The notes: generated from the sequence alone by a model not told the origin. A DNA stretch of 58,326 nt, filler included, from Sphacelaria rigidula (GCA_964200075.2; 9 parts of 9 records of this genome joined end to end with filler, not necessarily neighbours in it); one strand, 5' to 3'; positions 12,339 to 25,754 are shown, counted from the first letter of the whole stretch. Translations and numbers: made by a program.

Positions 12339-13631
12339 AGCTTGATATAATCTCCTTCCATTTCAGCCGCCGCCACACGGCCGACAGTTATGAAACAGTT
12401 GTGTCGTTGGCTCAGTATCTCTCGCCGAGATCTTGAGGAGCGGGTCAGGACGGGCTGGGACCGGAGGTAAGCCGAGTATCTTGACGGCAGGAACGAGGCC
12501 CGGATCATAGATTAATTGAGAGAGGTAGTAAATGTTGGATATTGAAATTGATACGCTCCGGATCAACCCGTGGTGTGGTGATAGCTTTACAATATGGGCA
12601 TACGTATGTTATCTTTTGGAAAATGACCACGGCTGGGTCTCTCGGGGATCAGTGATCATGCAACAATCAATCAATCAATTAACGTTCCCCAAGGTAAAAC
12701 CATCGGGAAGCATTGCCAGGATGACAGTGAAAAAAAATAAAAGACAAAAACAGAGCAGAGTGAATAAACGCAGTAAAAACGAAGTGGGGGAACGAAAAAA
12801 AATATATATATGTATATATATATATTACGTACGCCACCCGGGGGGGGGTGTACTCATGATCATGCTTGCCATAGTCATCAGACCNNNNNNNNNNNNNNNN
12901 NNNNNNNNNNNNNNNNNNNNNNNNNNNNTTAATTAATTAANNNNNNNNNNNNNNNNNNNNNNNNNNNNNNNNNNNNNNNNNNNNGGGATATCGCGGCATC
13001 AGCCAAATATTCCACTTTGCTTTCGCGAGAATGCTGTGGTGTCGCACATGATAAAAATCTTGAAGCTTCGAAGACAAGCGCTTTGTATGCAATTTGGTTC
13101 CCCCCTCCACCCTCCCAGAGAGTAGAACTCACCAAGTAGGAGAATATGAACTGTTTAACGAGGAACGGGACGTTTTGAGGAAATGGGAAAACCCAACGAA
13201 TGTTACATGAAACGTTTTGCTACACTAGATGGCGAGACAACAGTCGCTATACGAGGAAAAAGATGGTGACTATAGGCGGCGGGACGGAAGCGGATACGAG
13301 AGGTAAATGGTTTTTATGTCGTGTATGGGGGAAACGTAATGAACGCCCAAATTTGGGAGGAGTGGGAACGGTGCTCCGTCTCGGAAGGGATGCGCGGTCA
13401 ATAGTCGAATGACTAAGGCAAGCAACAAATGAAGAAGCCCCCCCTTTCCCCCCCCCCCCCCCCCCAACACCCACATTATTTTCCGCATTTTGTTCGGAGT
13501 TTTGCGTTGTGCGCTACGCATCGTGGAAGAAATGTGTCCAACTCTCAACTGGGTCAGAAACAAATTGTGGCGTCAAGACTGTGTGTCGCTTCTACAGCGT
13601 TGCAATTGACCTAGAGCTTGAAGCTTATTAC

Positions 13632-13781
13632 CGCTTAGTAGGTGAGTGAACTGAAAGCCGCCACCCCACGGACCCGTTTGCTGGCACCGTCGCCCTCATG
13701 CTTACTGTCGCCGTTGCTGCTGCTACTGCTGCTGCTACTGCTGCTGCTACTGCTGCTGCGTGATGACATTGTGATACATCG
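13632..13781 (-). CDS. Candidate 150-nt internal exon of an unknown gene (Ala-rich)
   Basis: caacag| ... |gtaata; only one open frame: DVSQCHHAAAVAAAVAAAVAAATATVSMRATVPANGSVGWRLSVHSPTKR. Symmetric phase. Confidence 0.4.
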
Positions 13782-14654
13782 CTGTTGCAGAGTGGATGGG
13801 AATTCTCCCAGGCCCCGGTCATCATTCGGGGTAGGAACCCCGTCATCAGGTGCTTTTTCAGCCGGTACCGTTTTTTCATATTGCACCGCATGTGACCTTC
13901 AACCGGCCGTTTTGACGTCTGACCCAGAAGCTCGAGCATGTTGTGCGTGCAAAGTTCAGTGTCTCGTTTGGGTTACCCGCCGTTTTGTACTTTTTTTGCT
14001 CAAGTTTTTGTGTTTGTTGCTTTTTATTTTGCTCCTTTTCGCTGCTTTAGGTAATGTTATTTCTGCTTTTTGTTACTCACGTCTAATGAAATTTATTTTC
14101 TTGAGACGATCGAAAATATCTCTTTTCAATCGCGAGCAATCCAAGATGGAAATGGCCGAGAGGATGGCCCGCTCCGTACCCGACTAGGGGTGAATTCGCC
14201 AAAATGAGCTAACACGGAAACTGATGTACTCGTTTTTCCTCTATCGGTTGTTCATTTTCATTTTGCTCAGTATTTTTGCGGTTCTCCGTGGTGTGTACTC
14301 ATACTTGTTCTCCTGTACTGCGTCCTCTGGGCTTCATCACTTATGTTTCATCCTTCTCCAATCTCTGTTGTTTCTTCCTTTCCTCATCGCTCTCTATCGG
14401 TGTATTCTTTCCTCCCGGTGTACGCAAGTAGCAGTTTGGTTCCTGGCCTCCGTAGGTTCGTGGATGACGGTTTTGTACCCAGAATAATGTGATCGAAATC
14501 GATGACCCGCTCTATGTTCCCACGGCTTCTTGTCTTCAACGACTGGGTAAAATCATGGTTTTTGCTCAAGACCTCTTCCGCTGAAGCCATGTGGCAGAGG
14601 AGATATCACGTAGTTCTGGGTGATGTTGGCATAACGTAAGCATTGATCAAACAT

Positions 14655-15525
14655 TTTTGTGCAGGTGCGACACCGAGCGGAAATCCGAAGAGGGATTTGG
14701 TCGAGCATGCCAGGGAGAGATGGGTTGATTCCTTGAGACCACGGACTCGTCCCGAAGAAGGGGAGGGGTTCAAAGTGCGACAAGTAAATAAAAATAATGA
14801 CAAGAATAAATGGGGAGGTGAGCGATGGTGTTGCCAGAGAATGTACGAATTGGGATGCACTTTTTGGAGTATTCATCTGAGGGCGTTGGGGGAAACGCTG
14901 ATATCGGAGAGAATCCGTGTGTTGCAGGGAGATGACAGGTCATTCAGGGCATATCTGGGTCAGTGATTGTAGATTGACTGTTGATGGTTGTCCGGGTGAC
15001 GACCATTTTATTCAAACCACTGAAGAAGATAATGACAATAGACTAACTGTATGCGGAAAAAAACGCATTTCCAATGACAGGGAAGCAAACTTACGGGCAG
15101 GATGATTCCCGGAGTCCGGATGGGGCAATATCCGTCCCCCTGGATACTATCCCATCCTGACCTCGTGGGTCATCCTGCCTGTAAGTTTGCTTCTCCGTCA
15201 TCGGAAATAAGTTTTTTTTCTGCATGCAGTTTATTGCCATCGTCTGCTTCGGTGGTTTGAATGAACAAGTCGTCATCCGGACTATCATTTAAAAGTTAAT
15301 CCACAACTACTGACCCAGATTTGCCCTGAGTGACCCGTCACCTCCCCTGCAACACACGAACTCTCACCGATATCAGCGCTTCCACAAACGTCTTCAGGCG
15401 AAACCTCTGAAGAGTGCACCCCATCTGGTAATCTCTGGCACAGACGGCATAATGCCGTGGCTCACCTTCCCATGCTCGACCGCATCCCTCTCCGGGTTTT
15501 CACTTGGTGTCGCACCTGCACAAAA
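14655..15525. mobile_element. ~870-bp foldback (near-complete imperfect palindrome)
   Basis: ttttgtgcaggtgcgacacc ... ggtgtcgcacctgcacaaaa. Arms pair inward to a small loop near 15135. The left arm carries an extra ~100 bp (14710-14808). Confidence 0.9.
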
Positions 15526-18339
15526 CTTCGCAGGCTTCTGCCCTCCTGCTGTCCCACCTACCTGGTTCCTGTCAGGGCCCTGATCATCTCGTGCGTTTCG
15601 GAGGTGTTTGTGGACGGACGAGTCATGCTCCCGTAGGTTTCATTTCTAGACTCGGTAACCTTACCAACCTTGTCCTTTTAGTTCACACGCGAACACTCCG
15701 TCTCGGTCTACTTCGTCGTTCCTTACACCAATCAGCTGAGCACACTCCGTGCTCATGGACCACCGCATGCATCCCGTTGGTGCGCAGATGTCTTCGGAAT
15801 CTCTTTCCACTGTGTATCCGTTGCGTGCATTGCACCAGCGCCCCTTGCTATGCCATAAATATTTTTTGCCACACCAGCCGGAATCAGAGAATCTTCCTGT
15901 AACCCACAATGAGTCAACAAACCGCTGCGGGAATATCCCCATTTGATGGAGTGCAACGCTAACATCGTCATCTATATGTCCCAGAATCTTCGTCGAGTGA
16001 GAGGTTCTTACTCTACCGTCGCTTCGGAAACGTTCATCCGTTCCCCAAATTCAAAACTCATCTCAGGGTATTTTTATTCTGGTCTATCCACCCCGGACAA
16101 AATGAATAACCCGGTGAGCATTAGGCCAATAGTCCAGACTGAACGCTGGCGTGCTTGCATAAGCCTCTGGCCTCGCCACACAAACAGAATCCACTGTCTG
16201 ACATCTCACATCCAACTCTGTGTAAGCATAGGTCACCGGTTTGTCTGAAGCTTCCAGTGGTCAACCTGGCACCAGTACTCGGTTACTTTATACAGAATCC
16301 GCTGTATGAGTCTGGGCTAAACTGACACACCTAGCCTGTTACTTGTTCGGAGTCGATCGTGCGCGTCAAGGTCGTGGGCACGTTGACAAGAAATAATTGC
16401 ACATCGCAGCAAAAGCACGCAGATGTGTTCTGAGGTATCATGTGCTAATTGCACGTTGCTCAAGCAAGACTAGGGCATCAAACACTGGTATTATCGTGAC
16501 ATACGCATCGCACTGTAGACGCGAATTAACTCCACCCTTGGAATAAAATAGTGGAGGAGAGACTTGAAGCCCAGCAACCGCGATGACTAGATGACAAATT
16601 AATGACTGACTGCGATGAGGGCATATCCCAAAGCTTGAAATACAGCACTTGAAGATCCCGGTTATACCTAATTATAGGTTACCAGCTGCCATCGCGGAGG
16701 TACGAATGTCTTCAGTGCAAGTACGTGCACGTGTATATCCGGGACAACTTTGCTGGATCTGGGGAATCTTAACCAAGTTGGGGATCAACCATTCAATAGC
16801 ATAGGCCGGTCACTTACAATTACTTGCCCCCCCTTTTTTTCTTGATCAACCCTGTCTATTCCACTTTCCTGTTTCCTTATTTTCTTCAGCGATTTTTTTC
16901 CATTTTGTTTTCATCTCGGGTACGTCCATCATGTGGATAATGACCCTGGCTGGATCATGACTATGTGGGGGGATCATTATGAATGCGACAATCAATCGAT
17001 CCTTTATTGAAATCTTATGCGTTTGGTCTTGTTATTACTTTGTTCAGTTTTCTGTTTTTTGGGGGGGTAAAGTTCAAGTATTCAGTCGCTCAGGAATCAA
17101 TCGATGGCCACATATTCAGTTGCTGGACCAAGGAAAATATCGGTAATATCACCCTTGGACAAGCCGACACCACGCACTTGGGTCAGAACCCCTGAAACAA
17201 CTACTTGCTTATTCTGGGCTCAGGATTGCCTGAAGAGTCAAGTGAAGTGTGTGGATCCTGTCAGTTCGTTCTGTCATATGATTACAGCCTATATACCTCA
17301 CGCATTTCTGCACCTGGCACGTGTTTGAGAAGGTGTGCAGACGTTGCTTCTGTGACATTCCGATCCCATTCCATTTTCACAACTGCGTAGCGTGCGACAC
17401 CGACCCCCCTCGCCCCCCCCCCCTCCCCCTAGCAAATCTTGACAGAGTGCAGCTCACCCTTTATGCAACTCGTCGAACACACCACGGCGCTTCGTGCTTG
17501 GTGATTAATTACAAGGTTGGTCCGGCGAAAACCCGACGTGTTCCGTCCGGCTTTGTAGGGATGCGAGGTCAAGGGTCATATGACTACGGCATGTAAGATC
17601 ATGAGTACACCTCCCCCCTCACCCCATTAAGTGCGCTCCTTTTTTTGTGAATTGCTAGCGAAGAGGCCACATCTTGCAGCTATTTTTATACATATTACCG
17701 CCGCGACAGATTCCGAGAAACGGGTCACCAAAGTGTGTCGTGATCGATGCATCCGTGGTTGTTCACGGAGCGCTGGCCAAGTAGTGGTAATACCATGCTT
17801 CAAGGGATGCGAAGGATACTTCAAACGTGTCGTACCACGGTAGGGATGCACAAAAGGTTGCCCAGGTTTGAATTGTTCAGAGCCCTTCATGTATATAATC
17901 TAGAAAACCTCCTATGAAATGTTCGAAAGCACGCTACGATTACCACTCTACTGGGCTAAGGATATCGCAATTTTTTTTCATCTTCAAAATGGTAACGGTC
18001 TGAGCCATTCCCTCCTGTAGCTCCTAACCTTAAGAGCGCCTGATTGAGGAAACATCTGGATCCAGAAGTGAAACAGCTACCGTGACATGTACCAATTACC
18101 AAAGCAAACTAGATTTTGAATCTGCAACTTGATAAGGTAGCTGAGCTATGATTTTATCCATGTAATGACGCGTGGTGTGTGTCACGTACTGGGTGTTCTT
18201 TTTTCGTGAAAGACCAGGGGGGTACTAGAGGAGCAGCGTTGTACTGAGCACAAGGGCAGTCCACGCAGTATGCATTTAGCGTCGGCCATATTTCCTGATA
18301 GCTTTGAAATCAAATACACACAGATCGAAAGAGTACAGC

Positions 18340-18707
18340 GTGTGTGTGTTGTCATACCATCTATTGTGGACGCCAGTCTACACCTTCCGGTATATGTGCG
18401 CGCACTAGCCGGGGTCACACAGGGGAGGAAGGCCAATACCGGAGTTTTTTTTTTTTCTTTTGTGTTTTATTTCTCCGTTCCCCTTCCCCGGTGCTCGTCT
18501 TATATACTTGTCGCGAGAAGGGTTGAGCGATCCCTTTATCTCGTCGACCGTGAGGTCAAATTTTGTGTACCCACGATATTGTTGCTCTCCAGTTTTGGGC
18601 ATAGTGGGAGCAAACCTCTCAGATCGTGTGACTGCACCGAGATTCAAACCCTCTACCCAGCCGCCAGAAGGTTTCCAGGCTACCACCTGAGCCACCGGGG
18701 CGACCGG
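18340..18707 (-). mobile_element. tRNA-derived SINE, uninterrupted copy; 5'-truncated copy at ~19545-19750(+)
   Basis: Reverse complement reads ccggtcgccccggtggctcaggtggta..tttgaatctcggtgcagtcacacgatct..gggtacacaaaatttgacc..ggaaggtgtagactggcgtcc..acaacacacacac. Confidence 0.8.
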
Positions 18708-20699
18708 CAATAACAGTGCAGTCTGAAAATCGTTCAACAAATCAAAATATTACTTTGGGAGTCGATGAAGACAATATCAAGAATACGGTAACTGCAACGT
18801 CCCCCCCACCCACCCACGTCCCGTACCCTTCCCTTCCGCCGCCGGAACCTGTGTCTGCGTCCCGTGCTTGCGTCATCTCACACAGCAGAACAATCACCGC
18901 GGGAGACATTGTTCCTCGTTGCGGAGGTGTGCGTGCACGATGACGGAAGCCGGTTGCTGACAGTACGCACGCGTGTTTCCATCGAGAATACATGCGGCGT
19001 GCCGGTAAGGTAGGTCGAAGAGAAGGCGGCGGCAGCGCGCGCGCGGGGGGGGGGATGTTAACGGACCTTCACACGTATCGCAGTTTTCTTTTCGTGCCAA
19101 CACGCCTACTGATACTGAAAAATATTAACACACTTGACAATACATGTTTCGAATATATATTAGTCGATTATATTGGAATTTTGCGATATATTGCAGTCGT
19201 AATATATGTGTTGGTACCCTTGAACTGCAGACGTATTGCGCGCCCAATATATATTGATGTCGTGGAACGGCATACATTTTGACCGCCCAATATATGATGG
19301 TACCGAGCAATGCTACGGTAGGGGTGCACTTTTTTCGCGAAATTTTGTCTGGTTCAGGGGCTCCTAACGATTCTAGNNNNNNNNNNNNNNNNNNNNNNNN
19401 NNNNNNNNNNNNNNNNNNNNTTAATTAATTAANNNNNNNNNNNNNNNNNNNNNNNNNNNNNNNNNNNNNNNNNNNNCCTTTCGGGCAATCAGGCAGAAGA
19501 AATCGGGAATATGGTCATCTTGGGTCGTGATGATTTGTCCTAACCGTGCAAAATTGTACGTAACGGTCGGCGAGTGTAAGGGACTGCTGAACCCCTCTTG
19601 CGATAAAGTACTGAAAAGAAATGAAAGAAGAAAAAGCGCCTGCGTTGACCTTCCCCCTGTGTGATCCCGGCTGGTGCGCCCACATGCCCACATACACCGA
19701 AAGGTGTAGACCGGCGTCCAGGATACATGGGACGACAAAAAACGAACACACAGTCACGCATCGTCGACACCTCTCCCTCTGATCAGAATAACCTCACAGT
19801 GCAACAAGTCATTACTGCAGTCAGTCGTACAACGGTTCAGAAATCGCGGCCCGCTGCCACATACGTGTAGTAGTAAGTAGGGCAGGTACAGAGCGGAAAG
19901 GAGCAGTGGATCGGGTGTCCAGGAATAGCAATAGCTGATGATGTATTCAGCTCCTGCCTGGCCTAAAATTTTGAAAGTGACCGCCTTGGGGGTACTATTA
20001 AACTGCAGCTCGGTATACCATCGGGCATGAAATGGGAAGGCACCTCTGAACAGCCCACTGCGGCCTTTCGGGCAAATGTCCTGTCAATGATATGAACATC
20101 ACCGTGCGAAAGTGTGTGCCAGAGTGCGGGTGGGACCATAATAATCTGACCTGCAGTGCTTTGGGAATCAACAGCCCTTCACGAAATACGGAAATGAGTC
20201 ACGTTTCGAAGTGAGCGGCATCATTTGGCGCCAAATCATCGGCACGCTTGAGAGACGAAACGTGAGCCCTCTAAAATTTCGAATGTGGTGATCTGCACTG
20301 AAAACGACATTTTCAACCATCGGATTTTGGCGCCGAAATGAATAAAAATATTAGTGGAGGTGACAGGTCAACTCCGATCAGATACCCGGAAGTTCCTGAT
20401 ATACCTACAACACATGCTGGTTTATTCGTCTCGGACAACATGAAATGAAGAATTCAGGTAGCAACCGGACAAACGACAGGGGACAGGGGTACAGCGGCAA
20501 AGGGGGTACACTGCACAGTCCGCAGGGGCTGAAGTGTGTGCACAGTACTCCACTATACTCCCGGATCAGGCTCATGCATAGATCGAGCCCCGTGATACCT
20601 GCAGGTGCCGTGCTGAACAGATCAAAAGTGTTTCCGGAGAGGAAAGTCCGGCATTACGGTGGGCGAGATGGACGAATTACAAAATAAGAACAGCTTTCT

Positions 20700-21780
20700 G
20701 TTCCATGCGAAGCGCAGCCCGTGCAGCCTAACAAAGCAAGAGATTCTACTGTGCAGTACAGTGACCTCTGCCTGTAATGGGAGCGTGCTGGTCACACCCC
20801 TAGATTCATTGTTGGTGTTGCCTCCATATCAAAAACCGTTCGAAGATTTCGGTACTCGTACTACTTCACAGAGCATTCACAAAGTAGTATGCCTACCACA
20901 CTCTTTGACAACAGCTGAGTTCGTACGGGATTAGCCAACGTTCGACCTATCGATCCAGCGTACGGTATAATCCTCAGAGGAACGGGTGTCGGACTCTCGA
21001 GGGGGCGAATGGTCAAGGATTCCAAGAAGGAAGGTGCTTAAGGGTTCAATTTCTCCGTTGTACACTAGACTGCCAACGGCATTTCTCGACCGTCACTCAT
21101 CGCTCACCCGTCGGATATCAACTTGTCTTCGTCTGAGCCAGAAACCTGCAGATCTCGCTTCGCTACGGTCAACATCACTCGGATGCGTATCGCTTGGACA
21201 ACAAAGTTCTCTCGAGTGATACTAGACAGATACAGGAACTTAGAAGCAGCAACAGGTGAACCCGTGATCATCCCCTCGGAAATGCCAACCTGTGTACCGT
21301 GGACTTCGGTCAGGAGGTGAAGATGGCGTCATGAGGACGGGGAAGGGTCGAGATACGCTTTTTGGCAGACGACGACAACAGTGTGTGTCGGGAATTCACA
21401 AATTGTTCCACAAACCAGGCGGATCAAAGTCCCACACGAGGTCGGTGTTGAAGGTTGGTCTTTCGAGTTCACGCTTTGACGAGCGAAATCCCTGCCTCCT
21501 ACAGCACTTGGTGCACACCTCATCTGAACGGGCGAGGCAACTCTTCGCGAGTTATTTTCTTCCGTCGCGTGAAACCGACCCATACCCTGTCACGTGTACC
21601 CGTATATCCAAGTGAACAGGCGTGGAACATATCTCAACACCCGTCACCACCACTAAGTGATTTCGAGTGTGGACAACGAGAATCGGATCTTCACGAGGGT
21701 TGACAGTCCCATGTGCTCGTAGCGTGAGCAGAACGGGTTTTCGTTCATATCGGCGCTAAGGCGCGGATAAGGCGCCGATC
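20700..21780 (+). mobile_element. Highly degenerate Ty3/gypsy 3' end (integrase C-terminus, chromodomain-like) and start of 3' LTR at ~21701
   Basis: HKLFHKPGG..SVLKVGLSS..LVHTSS (GPY/F-like) and RVIFFRRVKP..VYPSEQAW (chromo-like), then gagggt|TGACAGTCCC, shared with 44899. Confidence 0.5.
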
Positions 21781-22243
21781 AGAGCTCACGCAACGTACAC
21801 TTGGTTTACTCGTGAGAAATCCTATACTACCTTCCCAAAGGATTCTCTGCATGCCTTAGATTGGGGCTAGCGTTAGGGTTAGCAATGATTGTAAAGTGTA
21901 ACGACGATGGCTAGTTTGTAGCCCAACTTCGGTAAACCCTCATCCCAGCACTGGACACAACAGAAAGATAGGTATGTACGATCGACATGAACGAAAGCCG
22001 AACGTTCGTGCTAGTCTCTCGCATCTTCCATTTACAAGTATCGAGTTATAAGGTTCATGCTTAGCTTAGCTGGCATACCAAGCGACATGACGAATGCAGG
22101 CGATATACTACAGATGCAGTGAGAGATCAGAGATCAGCCGAAAGTTGGACTGATTTTGTTTTGTACTCTGTGCTCACAGTCACTACGGTGGAAAAAACCT
22201 GGTCGGCCACCCGCACGAACAATTCAGCTCATCGGAAGCTTAC

Positions 22244-22342
22244 CTTGGTTCCCTCTCTGATGCTGTATTTCCTGGGTCCAGTCCGGCTTGGCGGACCGTG
22301 CTACGACGCGTTCGTTTTCCCGCCAGACGCCACTCTTTCTTC
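22244..22342 (-). CDS. Candidate 99-nt exon of an unknown gene, with a candidate upstream 40-nt exon at 22819-22858
   Basis: catag|gaagaaag...ccaag|gtaagc and cccag|cgggg...gggag|gtaagg. The spliced product is open in two frames. Confidence 0.4.
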
Positions 22343-23203
22343 CTATGTGTGTGGTGTTTATCACTCACCCAAAATACTTTACAACCGCTGGGCGTGGTCT
22401 GCACGGCGTTGAGCCCTGAGCGCGTGCGTGACTGCATTTGGAATAGCGCATGTTTTTGATATCCACAGTGGCTCTCAGTATTTAGATTTTGTTCACGACC
22501 CGAAGTCACTTGAGATCTGCCGTTCACAGTTCACACATACATGACTCACGTCTTTTATTTACTGAAGTATCTATTGTGATGGTTTGCACGAACTTGTAGA
22601 CAGGCAGTATAGAGGAGGAAGATTCACTCCTCTCGTAATGTAGAACATTTACATTTATATCAAGTTCCCGCTGCAGGCAGACAGATATGAAAGGCAGAGC
22701 GTACTACTGTTGTTGTTGTAGGAGAAGGTTTGTATATTTCCACCCCGTCGCGTGGGGTTTTTCCATTCTTGTACGAGACGCACACGGTATAACCAGTTAC
22801 GCAGCAACAGAACCTTACCTCCCCAACGGTATGGCGGATGTAATGTCATTTCCCCCCGCTGGGTAGGTGAGACGGGGGAAAGGAAGAATGCGCTGGTTGT
22901 GCTGCTTGGCTGAGAACACTGCACGAATCTACTTCACAGCACTGCTGCGCTGCAATTTTCGCTAAATTCGTCCCTTCTATTAAAGATTAGATTCTCGAAC
23001 ATGGGGTTAAATAAAAAAGTGAGGTTCAACTCAAAAGCCGTGCTTTCCCTCACCTAGATAGATGATGAATGACTTTCATATGGACGACCCCATCCCCCCG
23101 ACCTCCCTTAAATTATTTCGGGGGAATTCCAGCCTTCCATTCCCCCAAAGGGTATGTGCGAAAGCATGATTTTTGAGCAAAAAAAACAAGGCTCTGTACC
23201 TTA

Positions 23204-23497
23204 CACGTTACACGTCACAAACGTACGTCACAAGGGTGTGGCGTAACGTAACGTATGTTTTTCGAATACGTCACAAATTTGACGTAACGTAACGTACCCG
23301 TGAAAATGTGACGTGACGTAAGGTTTAATTTTTCAATACGTCGCAAATGTGATGTGACGTGACGTGACGTATTTTTTGTTATACCTCACAGTAAACTATT
23401 TTGAAACGTTTGCGGTCACGTGTAGCACATTTTATACGTTACACGTCACAATAAACGTTACATATCACATTATCATACGTTTGTGACGTGTAACGTA
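23204..23497. mobile_element. MITE-like element built from ACGT/(T)GACG/TAACG pentamer motifs
   Basis: TIR acgttacacgtcacaaacgta ... tacgtttgtgacgtgtaacgt, with dense internal gtgac/gtaac repeats. Confidence 0.8.
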
Positions 23498-24547
23498 TTT
23501 TAAAACGTTACGTTTGCGCCGTGCATACTACTGTACTCTGCGTTGGTTGTGTTGGCTTGGATTGAAAGTGCTACCCAAGGTGCACCACGTGTGGGGCCGT
23601 GGTCTCATGCAGCACTGACTAGCGGCACGTGCTTTTTCCATTGTCCCAGGGTGCACATTAAATTCGACGGTGTACCTGGGTGCATACATAATTTTTCCGA
23701 TCCACGATAATAACCCTCAGATATCTGATCCCTGATCCCGCTACGCTCTGATCTTCTCCATTTTGCTCCTCTCGTGAATCTGGAACATTTTTTGTTTTGA
23801 ATTTCCGCAGCAAGCAGACATGTAACCGGGCGTGGACAGGCGTAGATAACACTATATTCGTGAGATTCAGAGTGTAACAACATCGGATTCAGAGTGAGAG
23901 CCGAAACAACGGACTTTCCCGTTGATTTTGACATCACCACAGTTCGAGGAGTGATGTGCCCAGCTCGTGAAGCGGTGGCTTCAATTAGAGCTGTCACCTA
24001 CACGATCAATTTGACACCTCACTTGATCGCAACGACGTAGTCAGTCTATTGCAACAAAAGATCCGCTTTTTCAGGAAAAACCGAGTAGTGCCTGAAACAG
24101 TTTCAGTTCCGAAATGCCCCCCAGCCGTAAAAATGCTTTGTGCGGTATCTCACCAACCAGACCGCCGAATTCCTCGAATGGGGTATTATACGGTAGATGC
24201 ATGCACAGGACGTGTGCTCAAGCAAAAAGAAAAAATGTTGCCTGTAAGGAACGCTAGAGCATCCACTCTGAATCCGATATTACGCTCTGAATCTCACGAA
24301 TATGTTGTTAGATGCAAACAAGCATGCCCTGAACATTGAGAAGGTCTGTATCTTTTCACCCGCGTGGAAGTATTCCTTCATCCTGCTTTCAGATGCACAC
24401 CGCGAGCAAATCCAACGAAAACGCCGTCCGCTAGCGCGACCGTAGTAGCACGGCGAGGTTATACTGTGTACTGTAAATGAGGTTGAACTTGAGTATCAGG
24501 TCGATTATTCGGTATCTCGTACAGATGACACCTGTTAGTAGTTGACA

Positions 24548-24595
24548 AGTTTACCCATTGAAACAGTGAGCGCTCACTGCTTCAATGGGTAAACT
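24548..24595. repeat. 48-bp near-perfect palindrome
   Basis: agtttacccattgaaacagtgagc|gctcactgcttcaatgggtaaact, with one mismatch. Confidence 0.95.
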
Positions 24596-25010
24596 GTTCG
24601 CTTTCTGAACAAGGTTCAACTCCACAAAAACAGAGGCTTCCCGAAGTAAACTCATGACCTAATAATACTCGTATTATCATCAATTACGTTCATATCGACG
24701 ACCTCATCATGCCCCCGGACCTCCCTGAATCTATTTTTGGGGGTTTCCGGCGTATTCCCCTGAAGGGTATATGTGCGAAAGCACCTTTTGCCTTGCTTTC
24801 GGTGATGGGAGAAGGGACGCTGATAGCCCGAAAACTGGTGCTTTCGCATACACTCTTTGTGCAACGCGAGACGGGGAACGGGGAACCCCCGAAAACAGTT
24901 TTAGAAAGGTTGGGAGGCATGGAATGGCCCAATTGAAGTCAATTGTCATGGCCTTATTATGCTGCTGTGTATATCCATTCGACAATAATAATAAATTGCG
25001 ACGAAATATA

Positions 25011-25754
25011 CCGGGAATCTCGAGTTTGAGATACCTCTCTGTTGTTGCTTGGTTCAGTTTCTCGCTTATTCTCTCTAGTATGTCGGTAAGATACGGCCTT
25101 ACCCCAACACGAAACAAGCCAGTCGATCGCTGCCATCCATCCATTGGGCTCCTTGTACGGGTCGAATGCCACCCGCTACTGCATCAGCTGCTAGTGCCCG
25201 GGAGAGTCCTCCAAATACTGCCGGTAGGATGCCGGCCGCGGCAAGGCAAATTGCGACCCATATGCTGTATTACGTGCGTATTTAGAGGGGTCTACACCAC
25301 CGTATTGCTGTACAATTACGCGTGATACTGCTCCTGTTGCCTGCCCACGCGTCCACGCTCTCCACGTTATGGACTGTGATGCGTATGTCGCCAGCGGGGC
25401 GCTGCGGCATCCAATTCTGGGCGTACCATGATTGGAGCGAGTGAAATTTCTAGGCCGCCGCCGCAAGTGCTCCATGCTTGCCTACTACTTCGTATCCGAT
25501 AACTGCTTACGAGATTGTAGTATAGAAAGCCGTCACGAGAGAGACGAAGTATCCTTACAACAGTAATAATAGTCATTTTGGTTCCCTTTGTACGCCTTGA
25601 AGCGAAGTCCTACGCAGTCGACGGTTTACCATTTGTAGTGATTGTGCAACTGCACGCCTTATCTCTTGGATGCAGCGTCCCCTCGAGTAGTAAGAGACCG
25701 AGATCCTTGTGAATCTTGCCATCATCAGAGGTATCTCGAACTCGAGGCTCCCGG
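25011..25754. mobile_element. 744-bp TIR element with TA target duplication (Tc1/mariner-pogo type, non-autonomous)
   Basis: TA|ccgggaatctcgagtttgagatacctct ... agaggtatctcgaactcgaggctcccgg|TA. Related TIRs occur at 28609-28700 and 28742. Confidence 0.85.
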
